DNA of 64,000 nt, from NCBI GenBank assembly GCA_012295275.1, contig CM022666.1, positions 2,666,001 to 2,730,000 on the forward strand, read 5' to 3'. The DNA is from Chrysomallon squamiferum (taxonomy: Eukaryota; Animalia; Mollusca). Shown piece by piece: positions 1 to 12,160 of the stretch (position 1 is its first letter; every line of letters starts with the position of its first letter). Under the pieces are notes generated by a model. It searched no databases. It was not told where the DNA came from and saw only the letters and a list, made by a program, of their open reading frames with translations. Position numbers and translations under genes: made by a program.

Positions 1-8
1 CATCAGAA

Positions 9-11
<3 letters not shown>

Positions 12-99
<88 letters not shown>
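12..99. repeat. (AG)n microsatellite; similar tracts at ~3064-3136, 5825-5890, 11197-11265, 11715-11780, 17887-17999 (TG+AG), 33301-33425 and 48685-48775
   Basis: Direct observation. Confidence 0.95.
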
Positions 100-102
<3 letters not shown>

Positions 103-655
103 CCCAGGTTTATTTATCAAAATAAAGAAGATGTAGACGAAGAAAGAAGAAGATGACGATGATGAAACGTTAAAACAACCTAAGAATCAGTCTATAATAG
201 CAAATCCAGCTCGTCTTCATGCCCATTGTGTTTTCATTGAGAACAAGGTTCACATCAATATATGTCACTAGTTTGGGTGCCCGCGTTATTGTCGTCGGTC
301 AGCGACCTCTAGAAATCATTTTTGTCACGCATTAAGCTTTTGTTGTGTGCGACGAACATTCTGCAGATAGCGTGTATGCGTAGACGTGATTGGCGTTTAC
401 ATCGAATTGGCCTTGACCTTTAAATATGTGTTTCGCTCCGGGGAGTGATCATTGCATACCAGCTACTACTAAAAAGTACTTCTGAAATTCCTACATTCAA
501 GTCTTTATTATAATCATTATGTCGCTGCCAGAAAATTAAAACAGCGTAATTTTATTTATTTATTTATTTTTTTTTTTTTTCAAAATTATCGAATTATATT
601 CAAAGAGAATAATGAACTTTTTAACATTATGAATTATAACTCTGTTTTTGTTGAA

Positions 656-662
656 TATATAA
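656..662 (+). promoter_or_regulatory. Putative TATA box of GS-like copy 1 (TATATAA), conserved in copy 3 (7236-7242) and copy 4 (14034-14040, minus)
   Basis: Same ATATATAATCA context ~150 bp upstream of each ATG. Confidence 0.45.
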
Positions 663-804
663 TCAACCTCAAAGGATTCGGTTCAGTGAATACGCTTTTA
701 AGCTTGGCCTAGAAATCTATTTGTCGTTTGACCTTGTGCTACTGGTAACATCTCGTCAGAAATAGTTTTTTTCTGAACAGCAGCACAGTTAATTACATTT
801 CAAT

Positions 805-2499
805 ATGGACAAAGTTAACCAGATTCGCAAAGAACTATCAAAATTCCAATACATACAGTATACTTTTTCTGACATAAATGGAACATCTCGTGGTAAGATC
901 TTACCAGTTCGAAACGCTGACGAATTTGAGAAAGGAATAGCAGTATATAGCGGTAAGTGGTGAAAAGTGAACAATCGTAAATAAAAATAAAAGATCGTTA
1001 ATGTTTTCTATAACTATATTGTATAATTGTTTGTTTCTAAAATAAATATGTAGAACGGTAATAAAAAATATGTAAATCCTATCATAAAAATAAATTACTG
1101 TTATTGAATTTAGCCTCGAAACTGCAGTTGGTCGAGTTCGTAGTTCCTTTTTTTTCAAGTTTTTTTTTTTTTGTTTTTTTTGATGAGATTAATATCCTTA
1201 AAATTGGAGTTAATAGGAAGCAAAAAAGAAAAAAAAAAAAAAAAAAAAGTAATAATAATAATAAAATAAAATAAAAGACATTAATCTATTTATTATATAT
1301 AAAGCTTATTTTATGTTCCAGGTTCTTTGATGTTTTCCCACAGAAGCGATTTGTCGTTTCCTGAAGAGATAAAAAACAGAGGCTTCCAAAACATGGCTGT
1401 CATCCCAGATTTGGACACCCTGCATCCGCTTCCTTGGGCTGGAAATGGAAAATTTAAAATTGCAGAATTCTACTGCGAAACCGCATGGATGCCAGAACTT
1501 AAGTATCAGGAAGCTTGTCCCAGATATGTAGCGAAACAACAATTACATAAACTGCAAGACTTAGGTTATGAATTGTTCTCCGGATTTGAAATGGAATTTG
1601 TCTTGAGGCATCAGCAGTCTGAAAAACCTGTATTTGAAGGTATTGATTATTGCATGAACAACACCTTCAGACACGTTGAAGGGTTTCTCCTAGAACTGGA
1701 TAACCTGTTACTGGAATCCGGTGTAGAAATTGGTGAATTGTATACAGAATACGGTCCTGGTATGATAGAATGTGCGATGAAGCCTCAGTGGGGAATCAGA
1801 AGTCCAGACGCATCTTTTGGACTCATCCAAGGACTGCTTGAAATAGCCGATCAACGTGGCTTTGATGTATCTTTTCTTTCGAAACATTGTAAGTCCGAAG
1901 TTGGCGTTGGTTCGCATTTTAGTCATTCTCTTTGGGAAAAAGAAACGAAAACCAATGTGTTTTATGATCCTTCCAAAGATGATTTCTTATCAGACATCGC
2001 CCGATTTTGGATTGGAGGACTCGTGAAACATGCCGAATCGCTAACAGCAATTTATTGTCCAACAGTCAATTGTTATCGTCGTCTGTTTCAGCCTTGGGCA
2101 CCTGGAAAATGTTTCTGGGATATAGACAATAGAAATTCTGCTATTCGAGCGAAAAACTTCGGGATGAAGAATACATATATTGAAAATCGAATTCCAAGTG
2201 GAAAATGTAATCCTTACCTGGTGTTTGCAGCAAACATTGCTGCAGGTATTGACGGCATCGTCAACAAGATAGAATGTCCACCTCGTAATGATCCGTCTGC
2301 CTCGGATCTGCCCACTTCCCTGTCGTCTGCTTTGGACGCTCTGAAGAAAGATCACGTAATGGTTTCAGCACTGAGTCCAGAATTTGTAGACTGGTTCGTC
2401 CAGTTGAAAACAGAAACAGAAATAACACCTTTACTAGGAAAAGATGCACCCCAAGATGACGAAGAGAGACTACGTTTAGAAAGAAAAATTTATAAATAA
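805..2499 (+). CDS. Type I glutamine synthetase-like (lengsin-like / gamma-glutamyl ligase-like) protein, copy 1, intact; exons 805-952, 1322-2499
   Basis: Exon 1 reads MDKVNQIRK...SDINGTSRGKILP..., followed by a phase-1 GTAAG...CCAG intron. Exon 2 carries the GS catalytic-domain motifs GFEMEF, EYGPGMIE, GSHFSHS, PTVNCYRRL, IENR and NPYL. Confidence 0.9.
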
Positions 2500-3060
2500 C
2501 TGTGAAATATTCAGCCGAAAGTTTGTTCAGAACAACAATAACTGATGGGAACTTATCTAAACTTTGCCTGCGTTATCAGTATCGTCTTGAAGAAGAAATA
2601 TCACGATGATGGTTTGTGTAAATCGTTCTAAAAGTACCTGGGATGTGGGTTACCTGATGTTGTTGTACATACATTCAAAACAGTATCATTATTGATGACA
2701 GAATACTACAATAAATGATCTGAGCAAATGCATAATTATTTAAATATTTCACTCATGCTTATTTTATTTTTTACTATTATTTTTACATCTAACTGGGAAT
2801 TTTATAGATTTCTGATGTTTTGAACATCAGTAAAAAAAATCATATGAAGAAAAAAACAAACAATTAAATGCAATGATTATTACAAAAGTATTTGTAGAAT
2901 CATACGTTAATGCTTATGTTTGCGTATTCAAATAAATACTGTTTTCTTCCATTCTAAAATAGATTTTAAAGTTTAATTTCGTAATAGTTTGCTTTTTTCT
3001 TTGCTTTGGAGACAAAAACAAAATGGAAGAGAGTGATATTGAACTATATTGAATGAATTC

Positions 3061-3140
<80 letters not shown>

Positions 3141-3267
3141 TGCCTAACAACTAGAAGAAAAACAAATCGTAATATCAACAGTAATAGTTTCATCTTGTGC
3201 ATTGAAAGAAATTTCTAATTAATGAGATCTGAAAACTGCAATGTTAAATTTACTCATTTAAAAAAAA

Positions 3268-3312
<45 letters not shown>

Positions 3313-3926
3313 CCGCAGCACACACACAAAAAATAAACAAGGAAAGAAACGCTTGTCATGCATCCAAGCATATAACAACGAGCATATTGGTTCTTTTAAA
3401 ACTGTTTTCTGTATGTCAGGTAGTAAAACACTGAATATTTTAGCATTTCAGTTATGCCGAGGAAACAGTCTAATGATTGTTATAAAATATGAGATTATAA
3501 AATTATCATTATCTATATACATATCTATCTCTATAAAACACACACACACGCGCGCACACGCACACACGCTATTAAAAACAAAATCTTGAAGAAAGGTCAA
3601 CGAGGAGAGATCATTGCAGAGCAGTTTAACGTTTTAAATTACCTTCCCGATGGTCTCTGTTATTGTCTCAGAAAAAATTAATATTCGCTAATTAAACTTC
3701 CAACCATCGCCGAGAATATTTAGAAGAGTTTATAACTTTATTTTAACAGTATTTAGAAGTATATCGAGGAGATGCAAGCGGCACTTGGTATCATTTCCTT
3801 ATTCAGGCGGATAAATATCCTTGACCTAGAAATCTACTGTTTTGCATTGATGGTTTTGTATCGGCTGTCGCTTTGTCGCGTTGAAACTTTAAACAGAATC
3901 CTGGCACAGTCGGCTGCTCTGCTGTC

Positions 3927-4138
3927 ATGGACAAAGTCGAAAAGGCTCGAAAAAGACTGTCAAAATTCCAGTACATACAGTATATTTTTTCTGACATAAA
4001 TGGAACATCTCGTGGTAAAATCGTACCAGTACGAAATGCTGACGAATTTCAGAACGGGATAAAAATATATAGTGGTGAGTGTCAAACCTTGGTGGTATTA
4101 AATTATTATTGTTATATATAAAGAAAATAATAAAAATG

Positions 4139-4169
<31 letters not shown>

Positions 4170-5731
4170 TAATAATAATAATAATAACAATTAATGAAAA
4201 AATTATTATTTCCCCTTCTTGAAATTCTTTCTTTCATTTTTTTGTTTAATTTTGCTTTGTTTTTGTTTTATTTCATTTTAGACTTTCTTAATTTTTTCTA
4301 ATTTTTATTTTTTGTATACATATAAGAAAAGTTTGCTTATTTTAAAATTAAAACATCAGTTGCAAGGAAGTAAACAAATATTACAAAATATTTCATAAGG
4401 CTGGTGCAGAAATGATTGGCATATTTTAGTTAAAATACTAAACGTATAGTTGTTTGAATTCAAAGATCACTAATGATACAAAACAAAGAGAGAAAGAATT
4501 AATATATTTTAAAATATGTTTTATTACTGCTAATATTTTTGTTTATGTTTCAGGCGGTTTATGGTGTTTCTACAACTGTGCTTTATCATTCCCACAAAAA
4601 GTATCTGACAGTGGCTGTACAAACATGGCTGCCATCCCTGATTTGGACACGCTACATCCGCTTCCTTGGGCTGGAAATGGAAAATTTAAAATTGCAGAAT
4701 TCTACTGCGAAACCGCATGGATGCCAGAACTTAAATATCAGGAAGCTTGTCCCAGATATGTAGCGAAACAATAATCACAGAAACTGCAAGACTTAGGTTA
4801 CGAAATGTTCTCCGGATTTGAAATGGAATTTACTCTGATGGATCGAGAGACAGAAAAACCTGTATTTGAAGGTAATGATTTCTGTCTGAACAAGACCTTC
4901 AGACACGTTGAGGCGTTTCTCTTTGAACTGGATAACCTGTTATTGGAATCCGGTGTAGAAATTGGTGAGTTTTGTACAGAATGCGGCCCTGGTATGATAG
5001 AGTGTGCGATGAAACCTCAGTAGGGAATCAAATGTCCGGACATGACATTTGGTTTTATCCAAGGACTCGCTGAAATAGCTGAACAACACGAACTGCTTCC
5101 TTCATTTATGTCAAAACCAAACAGGTCCAACACAGGCGTTGGTTCACATTTCAATCATTCTCTTTGGGAAAAAGAAACGAAACCCAACCTGTTTTATGAT
5201 CCTTCCAAAGATGATTTCTTATCAGACATCGCCCGATATTGGATTGGAGGACTCATAAAACATGCCGATGCGCTAACAGCAATTTGTTGTCCAACAGTCA
5301 ATTGTTATCGTCGCTTGTTCCAGCCACTGTATCCAGGAAAATGTTTCTGGGGCATTGACGATAGAAATGCTGCTTTTCGTATAAAAAATTATGGTAAAAA
5401 GGACACATATGTTGAAAATCGAATTGCAAGTGGAAAATGTAATCCTTACCTCGTGTTTGCAGCAAATATTGCTGCAGGTATTGACGGCATCGTCAACAAG
5501 ATAGAATGTCCACCTCGTAATGATCCGTCTGCCTCGGATCTGCCCACTTCCCTGTCGTCTGCTTTGGACGCTTTGAAGAAAGATGACGTAATGGTGTCAG
5601 CACTGAGCCAGACATTTGTAGACTGGTTCGTCCAGCTGAAAACGGAAATGGAAATAAAACCTTTACGAGGAGAACACGCCCCGCAAAATGACGACGAAAG
5701 ACTGCGCTTGGAAAGAAAAATGTATAAATAA
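3927..5731 (+). pseudogene. GS-like copy 2, probable pseudogene; exons 3927-4074, 4554-5731
   Basis: Same two-exon structure, but with two in-frame nonsense codons: TAA at 4772-4774 (CAA in paralogs) and TAG at 5021-5023 (TGG in paralogs). Confidence 0.85.
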
Positions 5732-5823
5732 AGTAGAAAATCCCGATCAAACTTTTTATTTAGTGATTATCTTCAATTACAATTTCGACTTTTACTAAAG
5801 CTTTAATATGTTTATTTGATTTT

Positions 5824-5893
<70 letters not shown>

Positions 5894-7384
5894 CAACAGT
5901 CAAATTTTACGATCTAACAATTAAGGAATTTTTATGTATTAAACTGACTAAAGGAATAGAAATTGTAAATTAAGCAGTTCTAAAACTATAATAGGAGTGG
6001 CTAGAATACCGACTTACCTAAATTTAAGGAAATACCAGAATTCGCATTCAGTTCGATCAGAGTTATCTCCTCTAACTTTCGACCATTTAATAATTATGCA
6101 TAAGGCAGAGTTCATCTCCAGTTATCTCTCTTGGACTGTACAACTTTTATAGTTAGGTGAGCGAATAATTATTTGATTAAGATGCATTTGATTTGTCTGT
6201 CGTTTACATATCAAAACAGAATAGTTTTTAAACAACAATTCGGTTGTTCGTTTTTAAAATGAAAACAGCTTTTGAAAATAAGTCTATTAAAACATAAACC
6301 AGCAAATGATTATGAACTTTTAACAATATATAATATGCAAATGACGAGTAATTTATCGAAGTAAATATAATTCCGCCACAAAACTCTATAGTTTTGGTCA
6401 ACATCCCAAAATATATATATAAAAAAACGTATTTAGTCATATCTTGCCATTACGTCAGTGACTGCAGGATGAATAATTTATTTGTCACTTAGTTAGTAAG
6501 AAATAGTTATTTTGAAAACAACACAGGTTATTTATCAATCTAGTGAAGTAGAAGAAAAAGAGAAAGGAGAAGAAGAAGAAGAAGAAGAAAATTAAGATTA
6601 AAAATATGCAGCTGTTCAGTGGATGCTTGAACCTAGAAATCAGTCTGGGACAATAAATACAGCTGGTTATCATGCCTGTTATTGTTTTCATCGAGAACCA
6701 GTTTTACATCAGTTTATGTCAATACTTTGAGTGTCCGCGCTCTTGTCGTTAGAAAAAACAATTCTAATTTTTTTTTTTTTTTTTTTTTTTTGACACATAT
6801 TAATCGTTTAATCTGAGCGTGGAACACATTAACTCTGCAAACGGCTTGTATGCATGGATATGATAAGTTTTTTTTTCACATTTCAATATCCCAGATCTTT
6901 AAGTGTTATTTTTTCTCACTCCGACAGTTTTCTAATTATATGAAGAAAGTTCAACGGGAAGGATCATTCCACAGGAACTGCTTCTAAAATTACTTTTAAA
7001 ATTCCTAACTATTATAATCATTATTTCCTAGGCTGAAAATTAATTCGAAGTCATTATTATTATTAATATATATATTTTATTTATTATTATTTATTTATGT
7101 ATTTTGGTTGGGGTTTTTTTTTTTTTTTTTTTTGTTGTTGTTGGTTTTTTCTTCAAAATCCATGAATATATTTATAGTGAATACTGAACTTTAAAAAAAA
7201 AAAATCCATTACATTATAATTATGCTGTTGTTGCATATATAATCAGTTTGCAATAAACCGTGTTAATGAATACAGTTTTAAAAGTTTCGCCTAGATGTTT
7301 TTTCTTCATTTGGCTAGTCCTGCTGGTAACGTCTCGTCAGAAATAGTTTTTTCCGAACGTCAGCACAGTTAATTAAATTTCGGT

Positions 7385-9047
7385 ATGAACAACGTTAACC
7401 AGATTCGCAAACAACTCTCAAAATATCAATATGTTCAATATACTTTTTCTGACATAAACGGAATATCTCGTGGTAAAATCTTACCAGTTCGAAACGCTGA
7501 GGAATTTGAGAAAGGGATAGAATTATATAGCGGTAAGTGTTTCTTTTTTATTATGTGGCTCTCTCTCTATCTGTTTTTTTGTTTTGTTTTTTGTTTGTTT
7601 TGTTTTTTTGTTTGTTTTTAAAATAATTGTTTAGAGAGACAAAAATACGTCAAACCTTTCATAGAAATAAATTTCTATTATTGAATTCAACCTCAAAACT
7701 GTAGCTTCTCACGTTCATACTACCTTTTATTTGATCAAACTAATATCCTTGAAATCGCAGTTAAAAAACAGCAAAAAAAAAAAAAAAATAATAATAATAA
7801 TAATAATAATAACCATAGTTAGAATATATTAATATATTTCATATATATAATGTTCATACTATATTACAGGTTCTTTGATGTTTTCCCACAGAAGCGATGT
7901 GTCGTTTCCTGAAGAGATAAAAAACAGAGGCTTCCCAAACATGGCTGTCATCCCTGATTTGGACACCCTACATCCACTTCCTTGGGCCGGAAATGGAAAA
8001 TTTAAAATTGCAGAATTCTACTGCGAAACAGCGTGGATGCCAGAACTTAAATATCAGGAAGCTTCTCCCAGATATGTAGCGAAACAACAATTACATAAAC
8101 TGCAAGACTTAGGTTATGAATTGTTCTCCGGATTTGAAATGGAATTTGTCTTGAGCCATCAGCAATCTGAAAAACCTGTATTTGAAAGTAATGGTTATTG
8201 TAAGAACAAGACCTTCAGACACGTTGAAGGGTTTCTCCTTGAACTGGATAACCTGTTACTGGAATCCGGTGTAGAAATTGGTGAGTTTTGTACAGAATAC
8301 GGTCCTGGTATGATAGAATGTGCGATGAAGCCTCAGTGGGGAATCAGAAGTCCAGACGCATCTTTTGGATTCGTCCAAGGACTGCTCGAAACAGCCGAAC
8401 AACGTGGCTTTGTTGCATCTTTTATTTCGAAAGATAGTAAGACCGAAGGTGGCATTGGTTCGCATTTTAGTCATTCTCTTTGGGAAAAAGAAACGAAAAC
8501 CAATGTGTTTTATGATCCTTCCAAAGATGATTTCTTATCAGACATCGCCCGATTTTGGATTGGAGGACTCGTAAAACATGCCGATGCGCTGACAGCAATT
8601 TGTTGTCCAACAGTCAATTGTTATCGTCGTCTGTTTCAGCCTAGGATACCTGGGAAGTGTTTCTGGGGCATTGACGATAGAAATGCAGCTTTTCGTATAA
8701 AAAATTATAGTAAAAATCACACATATGTTGAAAATCGAATTCCAAGTGGAAAATGTAATCCTTACCTCGTGTTTGCAGCAAACATTGCTGCAGGTATTGA
8801 CGGCATCGTCAACAAGATAGAATGTCCACCTCGTAATGATCCGTCTGCCTCGGATCTGCCCACTTCCCTGTCGTCTGCTTTGGACGCTCTGAAGAAAGAT
8901 GACGTAATGGTGTCAGCACTGAGCCAGACATTTGTAGACTGGTTCGTTCAGCTGAAAACGGAAATGGAAATAAAACCTTTACGAGGAGAACACGCCCCGC
9001 AAGATGACGATGAAAGACTGAGAATGGAAAGAAAAATGTATAAATAA
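7385..9047 (+). CDS. GS-like copy 3, intact; exons 7385-7532, 7870-9047
   Basis: 148-nt exon 1, GT-AG intron and an open exon 2 with all GS motifs. Confidence 0.9.
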
Positions 9048-10524
9048 ATATCGGAACAAGGGACATATATTTATATAAAATATTAGCAACATGAAATCTG
9101 TCCAAAGATACAGAATATGAACTGCAGATCTGATGACGGTATATCGACAATTATCATTTTACCAGCATGGAGTTCATCAAGAATAAATGCAGTAGGCAAC
9201 ATTTATCTTACACTACTTGTATTAGTAATATAATTAGAAAAAAAAAAAAAAAAAAAAGGAAAAAAAAAATCATTTCTCCCATGTTTTTTTGCTACCAAAA
9301 TAACCAGTTTCCTGTTTATTGGCACCTTTTCAAAAAACATATCCAAGAAAACATACACATTTTGTACCTGGAATAATAATTAAAAATATAACTAATTCAA
9401 AAGAACTAATAATAGAATAATTAAATAATAATAGTAATAATAAATAATAATAATATCTGTTGAAAATAATATAAAAGGAAAATATGAGGTTAAGTGCAGT
9501 TAACAAGATTATTTTTTAATAAGAAATATGTGTGCAGATACAAACAAATGTATTTAGTAAATAATGAAAAATTAGGACATTCATATGTACCTTTACATGC
9601 ACACATTAACATTTCTCATAATAACGTAATACTAATAATAGCTTCGTTAGTTACATATTGTTACATTTATAATTTATAAATGAAAGGCAATGTTTGTTTT
9701 GTTGTTGTTTTTTCATGCTTCTTGTGATAAAGTAGTAAATTATTAAGTAGTAAATAAAATATATTTGATCTTATAAAATATTTGTTTTCATTAATATAAT
9801 TACTTGCGAATTATTTTATACTGTTGTTGACTGAGGTTAAAAAAAAAAAAAAAATAATAATAATAATAATAATAATAAGTGAACTTACTCTATAGGCTGA
9901 CTTCATGATTTTACCAAAATCTGAGAAGCACTGATTAAAAAAAGATAACCTTTATTAATAACTATTACTGCGTTAAATTAAAAAGACGAAAAACATTACC
10001 CCTTTACCATCATTACTGACACCAAACCGGAAGTGACGTGGCGATGCACGTGATGTTAAAATGACTGAACGATGGAGGCAGGAGTTCTAACTTTTATTTT
10101 TATTTATTTGTTTTTCTTTTTTTTTTTAAACGCAACAAATAATTAAAAAAAAAATATATATATATATTTTCGGATATGTTTTAATGACTAGATAGTTTAA
10201 TAAGGTTTCGCTAATGATGATGATGATGATTTTATTTTTAATTAAAAAGATTCACATAACTGTAGTAATAATACGTAAATAACTCCCTCTCTATGTCTCT
10301 CTCATTTTCAGTTTATGCTAAACTGCTAATCGCCATAATCGTAAATATAAACTAAATAGTTTATACTGTGATTGTAACTCTATGTAAGAATCGGAGAGTT
10401 TTATCGACACTTGTATTAAATCCTTTATATTAATTATTTGTATTTTAAAATTAAAATAAAAAAATAATAAAAAAATTATAAATATACATTTGACAAAAAA
10501 GTGCTAATTTTTATGTTTTTATTA

Positions 10525-10700
10525 TTATTGTTGTTGTTTGAGAATCTGGTTAAGTTTGTCCATACTGAAATGTAATTAACTATGCTTCTGTTCATTAAAA
10601 ACTATTTCTGACGAGATGGCAGCATCTGCACCAGGTCAAGCCTAAAACTATATTCATTGGAACGGTCAGTTGATTAGATATGCAACAACGACATCGTACA
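10525..10700 (-). pseudogene. Truncated 5' relic of a sixth GS-like copy (promoter, 5'UTR and MDKLNQILKQ start)
   Basis: Aligns to 13861-14050 of copy 4. The ATG at 10563 reads MDKLNQILKQQQ* and runs into a CAA/TAA microsatellite. Confidence 0.75.
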
Positions 10701-11193
10701 ATCGGTTATTGTTTCAGAATTATGTTTCTAGATTTTGATTTAATTATATATTTTAATATACCTTGTTTGATCATTTCTGTGTAATCAGTGATAAACATTT
10801 TTGTTATTTTAATAACATATATATATTTTATTATTATCTTATAATGTATTTGTGGGTAAAACGAAAAAGCAAGTCACACACACACACATACACACACACA
10901 CACACACATATATACTTTGACAACAGTATTTCAAACATCAAATACAAAAGACATCTGACAAAACAAACATATGCAGTGTATTTAAAACTACAGTAATAAA
11001 TTCCAGGACACTCATTTGTTACTGCTTGAAACAATCGGAATCAAAGACCTGCTAGTGTCACTGCAGGTAATATTAGTTCTCTTTCATAACAAATAAAGTA
11101 ACCATTATATGTATAATATGAATGCCTTCGAAAAATTTGCTGGTACGAAATTAACACACAATCACACAGATAGCTGTTGACTCACATACATAC

Positions 11194-11272
<79 letters not shown>

Positions 11273-11712
11273 TACACAGAGAAATAGACATTTATTTCAA
11301 ATGCTTTCTTCTTGTTCTTTAAATTTCATTTTATTTATTTATCTGAACTTTACCACTTCCGGTAACTGTAAATATCAATTATTTTATAATATTTATATCA
11401 TACATACAAAAATCAAAGTTAATGCCATTAAATATTAATGAAAGGAAAATGTATTCTCTTTAATATTTGTCATAAAACAATCAGTTTCATTATTTCTGTA
11501 ACTTTGTTTACCTAAGCAATACACCGAATTTGTATTCCTTTTTAAGTCACTTCTTTAGTACGTGGCACCATTTATTTTTCAACATTAAGATAAAAGAAGG
11601 AAAGGAACAATACGCTGAAGGATACAGAGATAAAGAAAAGGTGAACGAAGTCGCAGTGAGTGAGTCAGTGTACAGAAGGACATTCTACCACAAAAAGCCA
11701 ACGAGGATCATT

Positions 11713-11786
<74 letters not shown>

Positions 11787-12160
11787 AGACATTTTAAGAA
11801 CATAACAAAACAAAAAAATGAATAGTGTAAACCTAATTCGGAGCTTAACATAAACTGAAAGTGACAGGGAGAGAGAAGGGGAGACATTTTAAGAACGCAC
11901 AAAAATATTTTGATTTAAATATATCTCTATGACTAGTGTAAACTATTTCGCAAATCATTACATTAAACAAAACAAATATTTTGTAAGTTGATCAAATATA
12001 TTTTATTTATTACCATTTCTTTTTCACGTTTTGATTACAACAAGAGGCATATAAATACAGTTTGCTAATTACAAAATCTTTAATCTTATTGTTTTAAAAA
12101 AAGAAACAAAATGATAAAACTCTTGAATTTGTCCCAGTCCTAATACAATAATTTTCCACT

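Noticed and set aside
1708-2449. Antisense ORFs repeated across GS copies (MTKMRTNA..., ...GKWADPRQTDHYEVDILSC)
   Set aside because: They recur only because the sense genes are duplicated.
2914-3150. SLSLSL/ERERER ORFs here and elsewhere
   Set aside because: Translations of (AG)n microsatellites.
4772-5023. Stop-codon readthrough or selenocysteine recoding in GS copy 2
   Set aside because: The stops are TAA and TAG, each one transition from the paralog codon; simple pseudogenisation is more parsimonious.
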